DNA from: an uncultured Bacilli bacterium | GTDB taxonomy: Bacteria; Bacillota_I; Bacilli_A; RF39; UBA660 | DNA: 64,000 nt | NCBI GenBank assembly: GCA_947630055.1 | Contig: CANRGA010000001.1 | Location: 10,195 to 74,194, forward strand | Direction: 5' to 3' | In this document: positions 46,410-56,677 of the stretch, one piece after another | Layout: each line of letters starts with the position of its first letter | Numbering within the stretch: the first letter of the stretch is position 1 | Program-made: the position numbers and the translations under genes | Notes under the pieces: generated by a model | Seen by the model: only the letters and a program-made list of their open reading frames with translations | Databases searched by the model: none | What the model was told of the DNA's origin: nothing

Positions 46410-46576
46410 ATGTGGATAAGCCAAAATGAACTTGCTAAATTGTTTGATACAACAAAAAATAATATTTCATTACACATGAAAAATATTTTTGAAAGTGGTG
46501 AGTTAGTTGAAAAAGTAGTTGTTAAGAAATTCTTAACAACTACAAAAGATGATAAAAAAATTGTTGTTGATTATTA
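46410..46576 (+). pseudogene. N-terminal fragment of a RhuM-family (virulence-associated) protein
   Basis: MWISQNELAKLFDTTKNNISLHMKNIFESGELVEKVVVKKFLTTTKDDKKIVVDY matches RhuM N-terminus. 55 codons then stop. Confidence 0.5.
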
Positions 46577-46612
46577 AACTAATTTAAAAAGACAACTAAT
46601 TGTGGTTGTCTT

Positions 46613-47419
46613 TTATAAATGTTTTAATAATTTCTTTTCTAATAAAGTTATTAATTTATAGAGAAGATAAGAAATAATTGCCAGTATAATAATACCAGTC
46701 ATAATGTAATTTAAATTGAAGACTTGTTTACCATAAACAATTAAATAACCTATACCTTGTTTACTAACTAAAAATTCGCCCATAATGACACCAATTAAGG
46801 TTTGGGCTATGCATAATTTACCGGATGCAATAATTGTTCTGTAGCTACTTGGAATGACTAACATTCTAAGGATTTGCCATTTTGATGATTTCATAGTTTG
46901 CATTAATTTAAGACGATATTCATTAGTACATTGAAAACCATTATAAATAGAAATAATACTAACAATTAAATTGATAAGTAAAGCCATAATAATAATACTT
47001 TTTGTATTAGCACCCCCAATGATAATAATAAGAGGGCCAAGTGCTACTTTAGGTAGAGAATTAAGCATCGTTAAAAATGGATCAACTACTTTCGAGATAA
47101 ATTTAAATTCATATAAAATTAAGGCTATTAAAAAACCTAAAGACATACCTAAAATAAACGCAATTAATACTTCTTTTAAAGTTATATAAATATGAATAAA
47201 AAAGTTATTATTATTGATAAGTTCTATGATAGTTTTAACAACTCTAGATGGACTAGAATAAATAAAAGAACTTAGAATACCTTTATTTACTAAAACTTCC
47301 CATAATATTAAAAAAGATATAATAATGATACTTTGACATAAAAATATTTTTAATTTAGTTAATTTTAAATTTTTTAAATATTTCTTTTGTTCTGTACTCA
47401 TATATCTAAATCTTTCCAT
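46613..47419 (-). CDS. ABC transporter permease (SsuC/TauC/ThiX type)
   Basis: Six TM helices. Operon with ATPase and NMT1-type binding protein. Confidence 0.8.
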   Translation of the reverse strand: MERFRYMSTEQKKYLKNLKLTKLKIFLCQSIIIISFLILWEVLVNKGILSSFIYSSPSRVVKTIIELINNNNFFIHIYITLKEVLIAFILGMSLGFLIALILYEFKFISKVVDPFLTMLNSLPKVALGPLIIIIGGANTKSIIIMALLINLIVSIISIYNGFQCTNEYRLKLMQTMKSSKWQILRMLVIPSSYRTIIASGKLCIAQTLIGVIMGEFLVSKQGIGYLIVYGKQVFNLNYIMTGIIILAIISYLLYKLITLLEKKLLKHL

Positions 47420-48138
47420 ATAATATCAAAGTATTTAAAATAATTTTTATCTTTTCTTCTTTCATAAATGGAATCATTGTTATCCATTTTTATTTCTACA
47501 ATATTTTTAATATAAGATGGCCTTTTAGTTAAAACAATGACCCGATCAGCAAAAGTAATAGCTTCTTCAATATTATGCGTTACTAAAATAACTGTCTTTT
47601 TTTCTTTTTTAATTATTTTATAAACATCATCACTAATAACTAGTCTTGCTTGTTGATCTAGAGCACTAAAAGGTTCATCTAGTAAAAGTAAATCAGGCTT
47701 TAAGGCAAGAGTTCTAATTAAAGCCACTCTTTGTTTCATACCACCCGATAAACTTTTCGGATATTTATTTTTAAACTCATCTAAATTATAAAATTTTAAT
47801 AAATAATCAACATAGGTTAGATTTTCTTCCGTTAACATTTTTTGTACCTTTAAACCTAAGATAGCATTTTCATAGATAGTAAGCCAAGGGAATAATGCAT
47901 CACTTTGCAGCATGTAGGCAATTTTTAAATTATCACTTTTTATAACTTCCCCTTGATAATCTTTATCTAACTCAGATATTATAGAAAGTAGAGTAGATTT
48001 ACCACATCCAGATGGCCCGACTAAAGCAATGATTTCTCCCTTACTTACCTTTAGATTGCAATCTTTAATGGCTTTTATTTCGCCTTCTTTAGTATGATAA
48101 TTTTTAGTTAGATTTTTTATTTCTAACAAGTTATTCAT
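47398..48138 (-). CDS. ABC transporter ATP-binding protein (SsuB/TauB type)
   Basis: Walker A GPSGCGKST. Signature LSGGMKQRV. Walker B LLLDEPF. Confidence 0.85.
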   Translation of the reverse strand: MNNLLEIKNLTKNYHTKEGEIKAIKDCNLKVSKGEIIALVGPSGCGKSTLLSIISELDKDYQGEVIKSDNLKIAYMLQSDALFPWLTIYENAILGLKVQKMLTEENLTYVDYLLKFYNLDEFKNKYPKSLSGGMKQRVALIRTLALKPDLLLLDEPFSALDQQARLVISDDVYKIIKKEKKTVILVTHNIEEAITFADRVIVLTKRPSYIKNIVEIKMDNNDSIYERRKDKNYFKYFDIIWKDLDI

Positions 48139-49123
48139 ATAAGTTATTTACCATATCTTTGTAGTAAACATCTTCTTTAATTAAATCATTTTCTTTTAGC
48201 AAATCTATTAAGGTATTATAAAAATCTTCTTCAACAAGTGGAGTAGAAAGCCATGCATCAGCATCTTTATATCTATCAATCATTAAAGCTAAATCTTCTA
48301 CACTTGTATCACTAAATTGTTTTTGAATAATTTTAGCTACTGTTTCACCATCATTTTCTAAAGTAAATTTTAATCCTTTAGCAATAGCCTTAGTAAAATC
48401 TTTTAATAATTCTTTATTTTCCTCTATAAAATTTTTACGAGCATAGAATGCTGTATAAGGGAAGGCATCAGATGCTGCCCCGACACTTGTTACAACATAG
48501 CCATTACCATTATCTTCTAACTTTGATGCAAGTGGTTCAAATAGATTAACATAGTCTCCTTCACCACCAATGAAAGCACCAGATAATTCCGCAAATTCAA
48601 TTGATTCATTTATTTTAACTTTATCTTCATCTATTCCTTGATTTTTTAGGGCTCTTAAAAAACTTAAACCAGGCATACCAGTTCTTCTGCCAATAAGTAT
48701 TTCTTTACCTTCTAAATCATGCCAATCAAATTCCTTATCATTTCTTGCTAACATGAATTGGCCGTCTCTTTTAGTAAGACCACTAAAAACTTGTAAGTAA
48801 TCTTTTTCACCACCTAAGGCAACATAAGCAGCCGATTCAGGACCAGCAAGCCCAACTTCCGTATCATCAGATAAGACAGAAGCTGCCACATTATCACTAC
48901 CACTTACAAGCATTAAATCGATATCAATACCTGCATCTTTAAAATAGCCATTTTCTATTGCAACATAAAATGGAGCATAGAAAATACTATGAGTTACTTC
49001 TGATACTTTAATAGTTTTAGTATCTAATTTTTCATCTCTATTTTTAATAAATAAAATAGCTACTAAGCCAATAATTATTACTAATAATATTCCCGCTAAA
49101 ACATATAAAATATTTTTTTTCAA
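48131..49123 (-). CDS. ABC transporter substrate-binding protein, NMT1/THI5/SsuA-like, membrane-anchored
   Basis: N-terminal TM anchor then periplasmic-binding fold. Confidence 0.7.
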   Translation of the reverse strand: MKKNILYVLAGILLVIIIGLVAILFIKNRDEKLDTKTIKVSEVTHSIFYAPFYVAIENGYFKDAGIDIDLMLVSGSDNVAASVLSDDTEVGLAGPESAAYVALGGEKDYLQVFSGLTKRDGQFMLARNDKEFDWHDLEGKEILIGRRTGMPGLSFLRALKNQGIDEDKVKINESIEFAELSGAFIGGEGDYVNLFEPLASKLEDNGNGYVVTSVGAASDAFPYTAFYARKNFIEENKELLKDFTKAIAKGLKFTLENDGETVAKIIQKQFSDTSVEDLALMIDRYKDADAWLSTPLVEEDFYNTLIDLLKENDLIKEDVYYKDMVNNLYE

Positions 49124-49210
49124 AATAAAACACTCCTCACATTTATAGTATATTCAGGCAAGTCTTTTTGTGATAGAATAAATGTCAGGGACTTAATTAA
49201 GGAGTTTATA

Positions 49211-50119
49211 ATGAAATTTAATGAAATTATTAAAGAAATATGTAAAGAAGAAGATATTAAAGTAGAATTTATGTCTAATGATTATTTAATAAAATTAACT
49301 AAAAATAATGTAACTAAATTTATTTGGGGTTGTAAATTTCCTTTAAATGATCATAGTATTGGTTCTATAATTGATGATAAATATGCTTTATATGAAATAT
49401 GTAAAAATAATGATATTCCTGTAATAGAACATCAAATAATATGGAATCCTAGTAATAAGTTAGGTAAAAATACTCCAAAACTATTAAAAGAATGTTTTTA
49501 TAAATTTAATGGAGATATTGTTTTAAAACCTAATAATGGTAGTAAAGGTATTGATGTAAATCACTTAACTAATTTGGACGATTTAATAAATGTAAGCAAT
49601 AACTTATTTTCTAAATATTTTTCTCTTAGTATATGTCCTTACTATGATATCAAAAATGAATATCGCGTTGTTATTTTAGATAACGAAGTAAAATTGGTAT
49701 ATGAAAAAGATAAATTAGTAGTAAAAGGTAATGGCAAAGATAGTGTTAAAAATTTATTAATTAAAAGTAATCCATTTTATTTTCAAAATAAGAATTTAAC
49801 AAAATATGATTATGTTTTAAATGATGGAGAAATATTAGAATATGATTGGCGCTTTAATTTAAGTAGGGGAGCAATTGCTAAATTAATTAGTGATAAAGAA
49901 TTAGAAGATAAAATTACATCTCTAGCTTTAGATGTTACTAAAATACTTGGTGCTCGATTTGTTAGTGTTGATATTATAAATTCAAATGGTAAGTTATTAG
50001 TAATGGAAGTTAATAGTGGGGTTTGTATTGATAAAGTATGTAATTTTATTGACAAAGATTTCAAAGTGGTTAAAGAAATTTATCGAAGTGCTATAAAGAA
50101 AATGTTTGCAATCTTGTAA
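49211..50119 (+). CDS. ATP-grasp domain protein
   Basis: VLKPNNGSKGIDV, EYRVVILD and MEVNSG motifs typical of ATP-grasp ligases. Confidence 0.5.
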   Translation: MKFNEIIKEICKEEDIKVEFMSNDYLIKLTKNNVTKFIWGCKFPLNDHSIGSIIDDKYALYEICKNNDIPVIEHQIIWNPSNKLGKNTPKLLKECFYKFNGDIVLKPNNGSKGIDVNHLTNLDDLINVSNNLFSKYFSLSICPYYDIKNEYRVVILDNEVKLVYEKDKLVVKGNGKDSVKNLLIKSNPFYFQNKNLTKYDYVLNDGEILEYDWRFNLSRGAIAKLISDKELEDKITSLALDVTKILGARFVSVDIINSNGKLLVMEVNSGVCIDKVCNFIDKDFKVVKEIYRSAIKKMFAIL

Positions 50120-50255
50120 TTGATAAGCATTTGTGTTAAAATGAATATAGCAAAGCAATTTGCATAAAATAAAAAAGGAACACTCAGTTTGTACGTGTTG
50201 AGTGTTGCCAATAAATATGGTTCACCTAATTCATTGCTGAGTTAGGTGACTCTTT

Positions 50256-50339
50256 TCATATTAAAACTATAAATAGTAATAACACTAATAAGAAATTAAG
50301 AATGAATAAAGTTGCGATTAAAAAATCTTTTTTACTCAT
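50256..50339 (-). CDS. 27-aa hydrophobic peptide MSKKDFLIATLFILNFLLVLLLFIVLI (candidate small membrane protein or type I toxin)
   Basis: Strong RBS GGGAGG 8 nt upstream. Followed on the minus strand by two hairpins and a T-run (50184..50249). Confidence 0.3.
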   Translation of the reverse strand: MSKKDFLIATLFILNFLLVLLLFIVLI

Positions 50340-50501
50340 TTTACCGCCTCCCTTCAGTTCGAAGTTTGGCACCACCCAACTACCAAATGTTCCATAATAA
50401 TTATGTCAAATATATGTTCGCTAATCAATAAAAAAGCAAAAAAATAAAAGAAAAAATTGCTTAAATGAGTAGTTTATGTTAATATTAATTTAGTCATTTT
50501 T

Positions 50502-50578
50502 AGCCCGTTGGTGAAGTGGCTTAACACACTGCGTTCTCAGCGCAGCATTCACGGGTTCGAACCCCGTACGGGTTACCA
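50502..50578 (+). tRNA. tRNA, anticodon read as CUC (Glu)
   Basis: Cloverleaf: acceptor AGCCCGT/ACGGGTT, anticodon stem CTGCG/CGCAG with loop TTCTCAG, T-arm ACGGG-TTCGAAC-CCCGT, discriminator A, encoded CCA. Confidence 0.8.
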
Positions 50579-50588
50579 ATTGTTAATA

Positions 50589-50613
50589 ATCACTTTAATA
50601 GAGTGATTTTTTT
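50589..50613 (+). terminator. rho-independent terminator after the tRNA
   Basis: ATCACT..AGTGAT hairpin followed by TTTTTTT. Confidence 0.6.
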
Positions 50614-50624
50614 AAAAATATTAA

Positions 50625-50658
50625 AAGCTGATACTATTTTTTAGCATCAGCTTTTTTT
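50625..50658. terminator. second hairpin, bidirectional terminator overlapping the typA 3' end
   Basis: AAGCTGAT..ATCAGCTT followed by TTTTT. Confidence 0.4.
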
Positions 50659-52442
50659 CTAAGTTCAGTATTAAGTATAACTTTTCTAAGTCTTATAAAG
50701 TTTGGTGTAACTTCAACAAGTTCATCTTGGTTAATATAGTCTAGAGCATATTCTAGCGTAATAGGTCTTGGTCTTTTTAAGACAACTGTTTTATCTGAGA
50801 AGGCTGCTCTGGTATTAGTAAGTTCTTTACCTTTAACAACATTTATTGCAAGGTCATTATCACGATTACATTCACCAACAATCATACCCTCATATACTTC
50901 CGTATTTGGTTCAATAAACATAACGCCACGATCTTCAAGTTGACCAATACCATAAGCAGTTGATTTGCCAGTTTCACTAGATACTAGAACTCCTAATTTT
51001 CTTTCACCAAGTTCCATACTAGCTTTTGGACCATATTCTTTAAAAGTATGGTTCATAATACCATATCCTTTAGTAAGAGTCATAAAGTTAGTAGCAAAAC
51101 CAATTAAACCACGAGATGGAATAGTGTAATTAATTCTAGTTAGAGAACCTATATGATTCATATCATTCATTACAGCGCCACGAGAACTTAATTCTTCAAT
51201 AGCGCCGCCCATGTATTCATCATCAACTTCAATTTGTAATTCTTCATAAGGTTCACAAATTTTACCATCAATTTCTTTTAAAATAACTTTAGGTTTTGAT
51301 ACTTGTAGTTCAAATCCTTCTCGGCGCATATTTTCGATTAAAATAGATAAATGAAGTTCACCACGACCAGAAACTAAGAAATTCTCAGAATCTAGTTGTT
51401 CAACTTTTAAAGATACATCTTTTTGGGTTTCTTTCATTAATCTTTCTTCAATTTTTCTTGATGTAAGAAGTTTACCATCATTACCAGAGAATGGTGAAGT
51501 ATTTACGCCAAAAGTCATTTGCAAGGTTGGCTCATCAATATGAATTATAGGTAGTCTTTCATGATTTCCTACTTCTGTTAGAGTTTCACCTACAGATATA
51601 TCTTCAAGACCGGCAATAGCACAAATATCACCAGCAGTAACTTCTTCAACTTCAACTTTAGATAGGGCAGTAAAACCAAATAATTTTTGGACTCTAAATT
51701 GTTTTTCTGTGCCATCAAGTCTTAAACAGTTAACCATTTGACCAACTTTAACCTTACCATTGAAAACACGACCTATCGCAATACGACCAACATAATCATT
51801 ATAATCTAAAAGAGCTGGTTGAAATTGGAATGCTTTATTAACATCACCTTCTGGAGCTTTTATTTCGTTTACTATTAAATCAAGAATACATTTAAATGAT
51901 TTTTCTTGCGTATTAATATCTGGATCTAAACTAGATGTTCCATTTAAGGCAGATGCATAAGCAACTTTGAAATCTAATTGTTCATCAGATGCACCCAAAT
52001 CTAAGAATAGACCTAATACTTCATCATTAACATCTTTAATTCTGGCAGTTGGTTTATCAACCTTATTAATAACTACAATTGGTTTAACACCAGCCTCAAT
52101 AGCTTTCTTTAAAACAAATCTTGTTTGAGGCATTGGCCCTTCATAAGCATCAACGACAAGGATAACACCATCAACCATTTTCATAATACGTTCAACTTCG
52201 CCACCAAAGTCAGCATGTCCTGGAGTATCTAAGATATTAATCTTAACATTATTATATATAATAGATGTGGTTTTAGCTAAAATTGTGATACCACGTTCTC
52301 TTTCAATTTGATTAGAATCCATTGAAAAATTAGTAGCATCTTGGTTTTCTCTAAATGTACCAACATATTTTAAAATTTCATCAACTAGTGCAGTCTTACC
52401 ATGGTCAACATGGGCAATAATTGCAACATTTCTAATTTCCAT
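50634..52442 (-). CDS. typA: translational GTPase TypA/BipA
   Basis: G1 [23 protein letters not shown]. 602 aa with C-terminal BipA-type domains. Confidence 0.9.
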   Translation of the reverse strand: MEIRNVAIIAHVDHGKTALVDEILKYVGTFRENQDATNFSMDSNQIERERGITILAKTTSIIYNNVKINILDTPGHADFGGEVERIMKMVDGVILVVDAYEGPMPQTRFVLKKAIEAGVKPIVVINKVDKPTARIKDVNDEVLGLFLDLGASDEQLDFKVAYASALNGTSSLDPDINTQEKSFKCILDLIVNEIKAPEGDVNKAFQFQPALLDYNDYVGRIAIGRVFNGKVKVGQMVNCLRLDGTEKQFRVQKLFGFTALSKVEVEEVTAGDICAIAGLEDISVGETLTEVGNHERLPIIHIDEPTLQMTFGVNTSPFSGNDGKLLTSRKIEERLMKETQKDVSLKVEQLDSENFLVSGRGELHLSILIENMRREGFELQVSKPKVILKEIDGKICEPYEELQIEVDDEYMGGAIEELSSRGAVMNDMNHIGSLTRINYTIPSRGLIGFATNFMTLTKGYGIMNHTFKEYGPKASMELGERKLGVLVSSETGKSTAYGIGQLEDRGVMFIEPNTEVYEGMIVGECNRDNDLAINVVKGKELTNTRAAFSDKTVVLKRPRPITLEYALDYINQDELVEVTPNFIRLRKVILNTELRKKADAKK

Positions 52443-52571
52443 TTAAATCACCTACAAACTAGATAATTATAGCATTACAAAATGGTAAAATCAAATAATT
52501 TTATAAAAATTAACAATTTTATATTGTCCGAATTAAAATAGTGTGTTAATATTAAAATAAGGTGAATAATA

Positions 52572-53279
52572 GTGAAGTCAGATAAAAAAAGAAAAAATTT
52601 AAAACGTGATACACAAATTATTATATTATCTGTTCTTATTTTAACAATAATTTCGTTGAATTTTTCTTATTCAGCCTTTTTTTCAATAGATTCAAGATCG
52701 ACTGTTCAAGAAATATCAACTGGAACTTTAAATGTTACTGCAACTCCTACTTCGATGTGGAAAGAAGATTTATATCCAACAGACGAAGCTTTGCCTACTG
52801 ATGAAAAATCAACGTTATCTTCATCTGAAAAGAATTTTGCGGCATTAACTGTTACAAATAATGGAACAATTGATGCAAATTATGTTATTACTTTAAGCTA
52901 TGACACATCAGATTTAACAGAAGATCAAATTGCTAATAATTTAGCATCTTTTGATAATTTAATTATTGGTATTTATGATACTGATAAAAGTTCATGGGTA
53001 AATTTAAATCCAGATGGAGATAGTAACGCTATATATAATATGAAAATTACTCAATTTGCTGAAAGTAGTAAGGGTGTTTATCCTATTTTGAAACATGAAA
53101 TATTAAAGGCAAATATTACTGAATCAGAAACTAAACCTACTGTTCAAAATTTGCGTATTTATGTATGGCTTGCTGATACAACACCAGAATCTGAGATAGG
53201 AAAATTAGTTCATTTAAAAATAAATGTAAGAAGCACTCCATTAAAAGGTCAAAATGACCAAGAAGTTAGTAGAAGTTAG
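52572..53279 (+). CDS. TasA/camelysin (M73)-like matrix protein with SipW-cognate-type signal peptide
   Basis: GTG start after AAGGTG. NFSYSAFFSIDSRSTVQEISTGTLNVTA parallels TasA AAFNDIKSK..ASGTLDLSA. Confidence 0.5.
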   Translation: MKSDKKRKNLKRDTQIIILSVLILTIISLNFSYSAFFSIDSRSTVQEISTGTLNVTATPTSMWKEDLYPTDEALPTDEKSTLSSSEKNFAALTVTNNGTIDANYVITLSYDTSDLTEDQIANNLASFDNLIIGIYDTDKSSWVNLNPDGDSNAIYNMKITQFAESSKGVYPILKHEILKANITESETKPTVQNLRIYVWLADTTPESEIGKLVHLKINVRSTPLKGQNDQEVSRS

Positions 53280-53290
53280 GGGGATAAATT

Positions 53291-55861
53291 ATGTTTGTAC
53301 AAGAAGATGAATTAAAAAAGAAAAAATTAATGGCACTAGTTATTATGATGATAATAATGATTTTGTGCTTAATTCTAATTATCACTACTTTTACACTTGA
53401 ATTTTTTGGTAATGGTTATTTAGGTGGAAGTGGTAAAAATGCATTAAATGTCGATATAGATGGTGATGGTTTACCAGATGTTAATATTACTTATGGGAAA
53501 ATTAAAGACAAAGCAGTTTTTAATATAGATATTGATGGTGATGGTTATCCTGATAAGAATTTTATAAATCAAGATACAAATGGTGATGGCAAATGTGATT
53601 TAAACTGTGATGTTAATGATGATAATCACCCAGATTACAATATAGATTTAGATGGCGATGGAAAACCAGATATTAATATTGATACAAATGATAATGAAAT
53701 GCCAAACTTAAACATTGATACAGATGGCGATGGAAAGCCAGATGTTAATATTGATATAAATGGTGACGAAGAACCAGATATTAATATTGATGATAGTGTT
53801 GATAAAAAGACACCAATCGATACTGACGGTGATGATGAGTCAGATGTTGATGCTGAAACTGATGGAAAACCAGATAAAAATTTACTAAATCAAGATACTG
53901 ACAATGATGGAAAATGCGATTTAAATTGTGATGTTAATAATGATCATTATCCAGATTACAATATAGATATAAATGGCGATGGAAAGCCAGATGTTAATAT
54001 TGATACAAATAATAACAAAAAGCCAGATTTAAATGTTGATACAGATGGTAATGGTGTACCTGATACTAATATTGATTTTGATAAAGATGGCAAATGTGAT
54101 ATAAATTGTGATACTGATGTAGAAAAAAATATGTGGGTTGATACAGACCGTGATAAAGATCCGGATATTGAGGCTGAAACTGATGGAAAGCCAGATAAAA
54201 ATCCAACAAATCAAGATTTAAATAATGATGGAAAATGTGACTTAAATTGTGATGTTAATAAAGATGGTTATCCAGATGTTAATGTCGATATAGATGGCGA
54301 TGGAAAACCAGATGTTAATATTGACACAAATGATAACCAAAAGCCAGATTTAAATATTGATACGGATGGTAATGGTGTACCTGATACTAATATTGATATA
54401 GATAAAGATGGCAAATGTGATGTAAATTGCGATACTAATGTTGAAAAAAATATTGAAATTGATACAAATAGCGATAAAAAGCCAGATGTAGAAGCCGAAA
54501 CAGATGGAAAGCCAGATAGAAATCCAACAAATCAAGATACAAATGGTGATGATAAATGCGATTTAAATTGTGATATAGATAAAGATGGCTATCCAGATAT
54601 TAATATTGATGTTGATGGTGATGGCGATCCAGATTTAAATGTTGATACAAATGGTGATAATAAATGCGATTTAAATTGTGATACAGATAAAGATGGTAAG
54701 TGTGATTTAAATTGTGACACTAATAATGATAAACAATGTGATTTATTCTGTGATACAACTGGTGATGGTAAATGTGATACACATTGTGAGGTAACTTGTC
54801 CAATTAATTGTGATACAGACGGCGATGGTAAATGCGATTTAAATTGTGATACTAATAATAATAAACAATGTGATTTAAATTGTGATACCAATAAAGATGG
54901 TAGATGTGATTACAATTGTGATACAGATAAAGATGGCAAATGTGATGTAAATTGCGATACAGATAAAGATGGTAAGTGTGATTACAATTGTGATAATGAT
55001 AAAGATGGTAGATGCGATTTAAATTGTGATATTAATAAAGATAATAAGTGTGATTACAATTGTGACAATGATAAAGATGGTAAATGCGATTTAAATTGTG
55101 ATAATAACAAAGATGGTAAGTGTGATTTAAATTGCGATACTAATAATGACGATAAATGTGATTTAAATTGTGACACTAACAAAGATGATAAGTGTGATTT
55201 AAATTGTGATACTAATAATGATAATAAATGTGACTTAAATTGTGATAATAACAAAGATGGTGAATGTGATAAGTACTGTGATACCAATAATGATGGTAAG
55301 TGTGATAAATATTGTGATGATGACGATGATAATGTACCGAAAGCTTTATTAACAATGATGAAAGCAAAAGATGTTAATTTAATAGTAACTGCTGATGAAA
55401 TGACAAAAAATGCTGTAGGTCAAAAGAAATATGTAGAAATATCAAGTGCAAAATCTTATTCAACAGTTTCTCTTCGTTCATATGAAGATACAACTTCATG
55501 TAAATATGATGTAACCTTTAAAACAATAAGTAATACATTTACTAATCAATACTTAAATATGAACAATTTAAAACCATTAGGTAATCAATTAATATTAAGA
55601 TTGGAAGGATATCAAGATAATAATAATGTTGCAACGATACATACATATAATATAGATTTAATTAAAATAAAAGATAGTGATTATAAAATTGGTGAAGTTA
55701 CGATTTCTAATGATGCGGCTAGTAAAAATTTAACAGAACAACGATGGGGTATAACCTTATTATTTAGAAACTATAGTAGTTTTAATCAAATAAATAATGC
55801 TGGTAAGAGCGTTCATGGTGAATTGATATTCCAATCTAAAGGTTGTGTTAAAAATAAATAG
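53291..55861 (+). CDS. membrane-anchored repetitive Asp/Asn/Cys-rich protein: about 100-aa DxDxDG repeats followed by about 25 tandem 12-aa CDxNCDxxKDGK repeats (thrombospondin-type-3-like calcium-binding repeats) and a 180-aa C-terminal globular domain
   Basis: TM LMALVIMMIIMILCLILIITTF. Repeats read directly, e.g. CDLNCDTNKDGKCDVNCDTDKDGKCDYNCDNDKDGRCDLNCD. Confidence 0.7.
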   Translation: MFVQEDELKKKKLMALVIMMIIMILCLILIITTFTLEFFGNGYLGGSGKNALNVDIDGDGLPDVNITYGKIKDKAVFNIDIDGDGYPDKNFINQDTNGDGKCDLNCDVNDDNHPDYNIDLDGDGKPDINIDTNDNEMPNLNIDTDGDGKPDVNIDINGDEEPDINIDDSVDKKTPIDTDGDDESDVDAETDGKPDKNLLNQDTDNDGKCDLNCDVNNDHYPDYNIDINGDGKPDVNIDTNNNKKPDLNVDTDGNGVPDTNIDFDKDGKCDINCDTDVEKNMWVDTDRDKDPDIEAETDGKPDKNPTNQDLNNDGKCDLNCDVNKDGYPDVNVDIDGDGKPDVNIDTNDNQKPDLNIDTDGNGVPDTNIDIDKDGKCDVNCDTNVEKNIEIDTNSDKKPDVEAETDGKPDRNPTNQDTNGDDKCDLNCDIDKDGYPDINIDVDGDGDPDLNVDTNGDNKCDLNCDTDKDGKCDLNCDTNNDKQCDLFCDTTGDGKCDTHCEVTCPINCDTDGDGKCDLNCDTNNNKQCDLNCDTNKDGRCDYNCDTDKDGKCDVNCDTDKDGKCDYNCDNDKDGRCDLNCDINKDNKCDYNCDNDKDGKCDLNCDNNKDGKCDLNCDTNNDDKCDLNCDTNKDDKCDLNCDTNNDNKCDLNCDNNKDGECDKYCDTNNDGKCDKYCDDDDDNVPKALLTMMKAKDVNLIVTADEMTKNAVGQKKYVEISSAKSYSTVSLRSYEDTTSCKYDVTFKTISNTFTNQYLNMNNLKPLGNQLILRLEGYQDNNNVATIHTYNIDLIKIKDSDYKIGEVTISNDAASKNLTEQRWGITLLFRNYSSFNQINNAGKSVHGELIFQSKGCVKNK

Positions 55862-55887
55862 AGATGGTTAGTTACCATCTTTTTTTG
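55862..55887 (+). terminator. rho-independent terminator
   Basis: AGATGGT..ACCATCT hairpin followed by TTTTTTT. Confidence 0.6.
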
Positions 55888-55938
55888 TTTATGCTTTTAA
55901 TTAATTCTATTTAATGATAAAATTTAATTGGTGATTTT

Positions 55939-56664
55939 ATGTTATATGGCATAATTTTAACAATTTTAATAGGTTTATTTTTCCTAATTGGCATTATTTT
56001 CTTTGAAAAGGTTAAAAATAAAGAAAAAATGTCTTTATTTACGACAGCACTTGCTTTTATAGTTTTAATAGGTTTATTATTTTTAGACTTATTACCAGAG
56101 TTAATTACAGAATTTAATATTTATACTTTAGTATTTGCTTTATTAGGATTTATAATTCTTATAATATTAGATAGATTAATACCTCATCATCATCATGAAC
56201 ATCATGAAATAAATGATGATAAAAAAGATCATAATTTACATTTACAACATATTGGTATTATTACTATAGTATCTTTAGCAATACATAATATGATAGAGGG
56301 CTTAACCTTATATAGTATAACTTTAAATGATTTAAAATCAGGTATTTTAATGATGATAAGTATTTCTTTACATAATATACCATTAGGATTTCAAATAGGT
56401 AATTCTCTTGTTAAAACTAAAAGTAATATTTTGTTAATTATTCTTTTATGTATTAGTTCTCTAATTGGAGCTTTAATCATAATTATATTTGGAAATTTAA
56501 GTAGTATGTTAACAAATATTTTTCTAGCTTTAACTTTTGGTATGCTTTTATATATTTTAATATTTGAATTATTTAATGAAATTAATGGCTATTTAAAGAA
56601 AAAAGAAGTTATTTATGGTATAATAATAGGGATGGTTATATTAATAATTACCTATTTAGTGTAA
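55939..56664 (+). CDS. ZIP-family divalent metal transporter (ZupT-like)
   Basis: His-rich loop PHHHHEHHE. Eight TM pattern. Confidence 0.7.
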   Translation: MLYGIILTILIGLFFLIGIIFFEKVKNKEKMSLFTTALAFIVLIGLLFLDLLPELITEFNIYTLVFALLGFIILIILDRLIPHHHHEHHEINDDKKDHNLHLQHIGIITIVSLAIHNMIEGLTLYSITLNDLKSGILMMISISLHNIPLGFQIGNSLVKTKSNILLIILLCISSLIGALIIIIFGNLSSMLTNIFLALTFGMLLYILIFELFNEINGYLKKKEVIYGIIIGMVILIITYLV

Positions 56665-56677
56665 GGGGATATGAATT

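Noticed and set aside
46971-50064. ORFs 46971..47189(+) and 49810..50064(-)
   Set aside because: Shadows within the ABC permease and ATP-grasp genes.
50502-50578. Considered whether the tRNA marks an integration site (attB) for the mobile region
   Set aside because: It lies more than 11 kb from the T4SS cluster, has its own terminators, and no direct repeat of its 3' end was seen elsewhere in the window.
53900-55330. Minus-strand ORFs 54029..54214, 54350..54535, 54589..54891 and 55054..55287 with SQFKSH repeats, and the periodic 36-nt DNA repeat (possible CRISPR-like array)
   Set aside because: They are antisense to the CDxNCD repeat coding region of 53291..55861. The periodicity is coding (12-aa units) with no spacer and repeat alternation, so it is not CRISPR and these are not genes.
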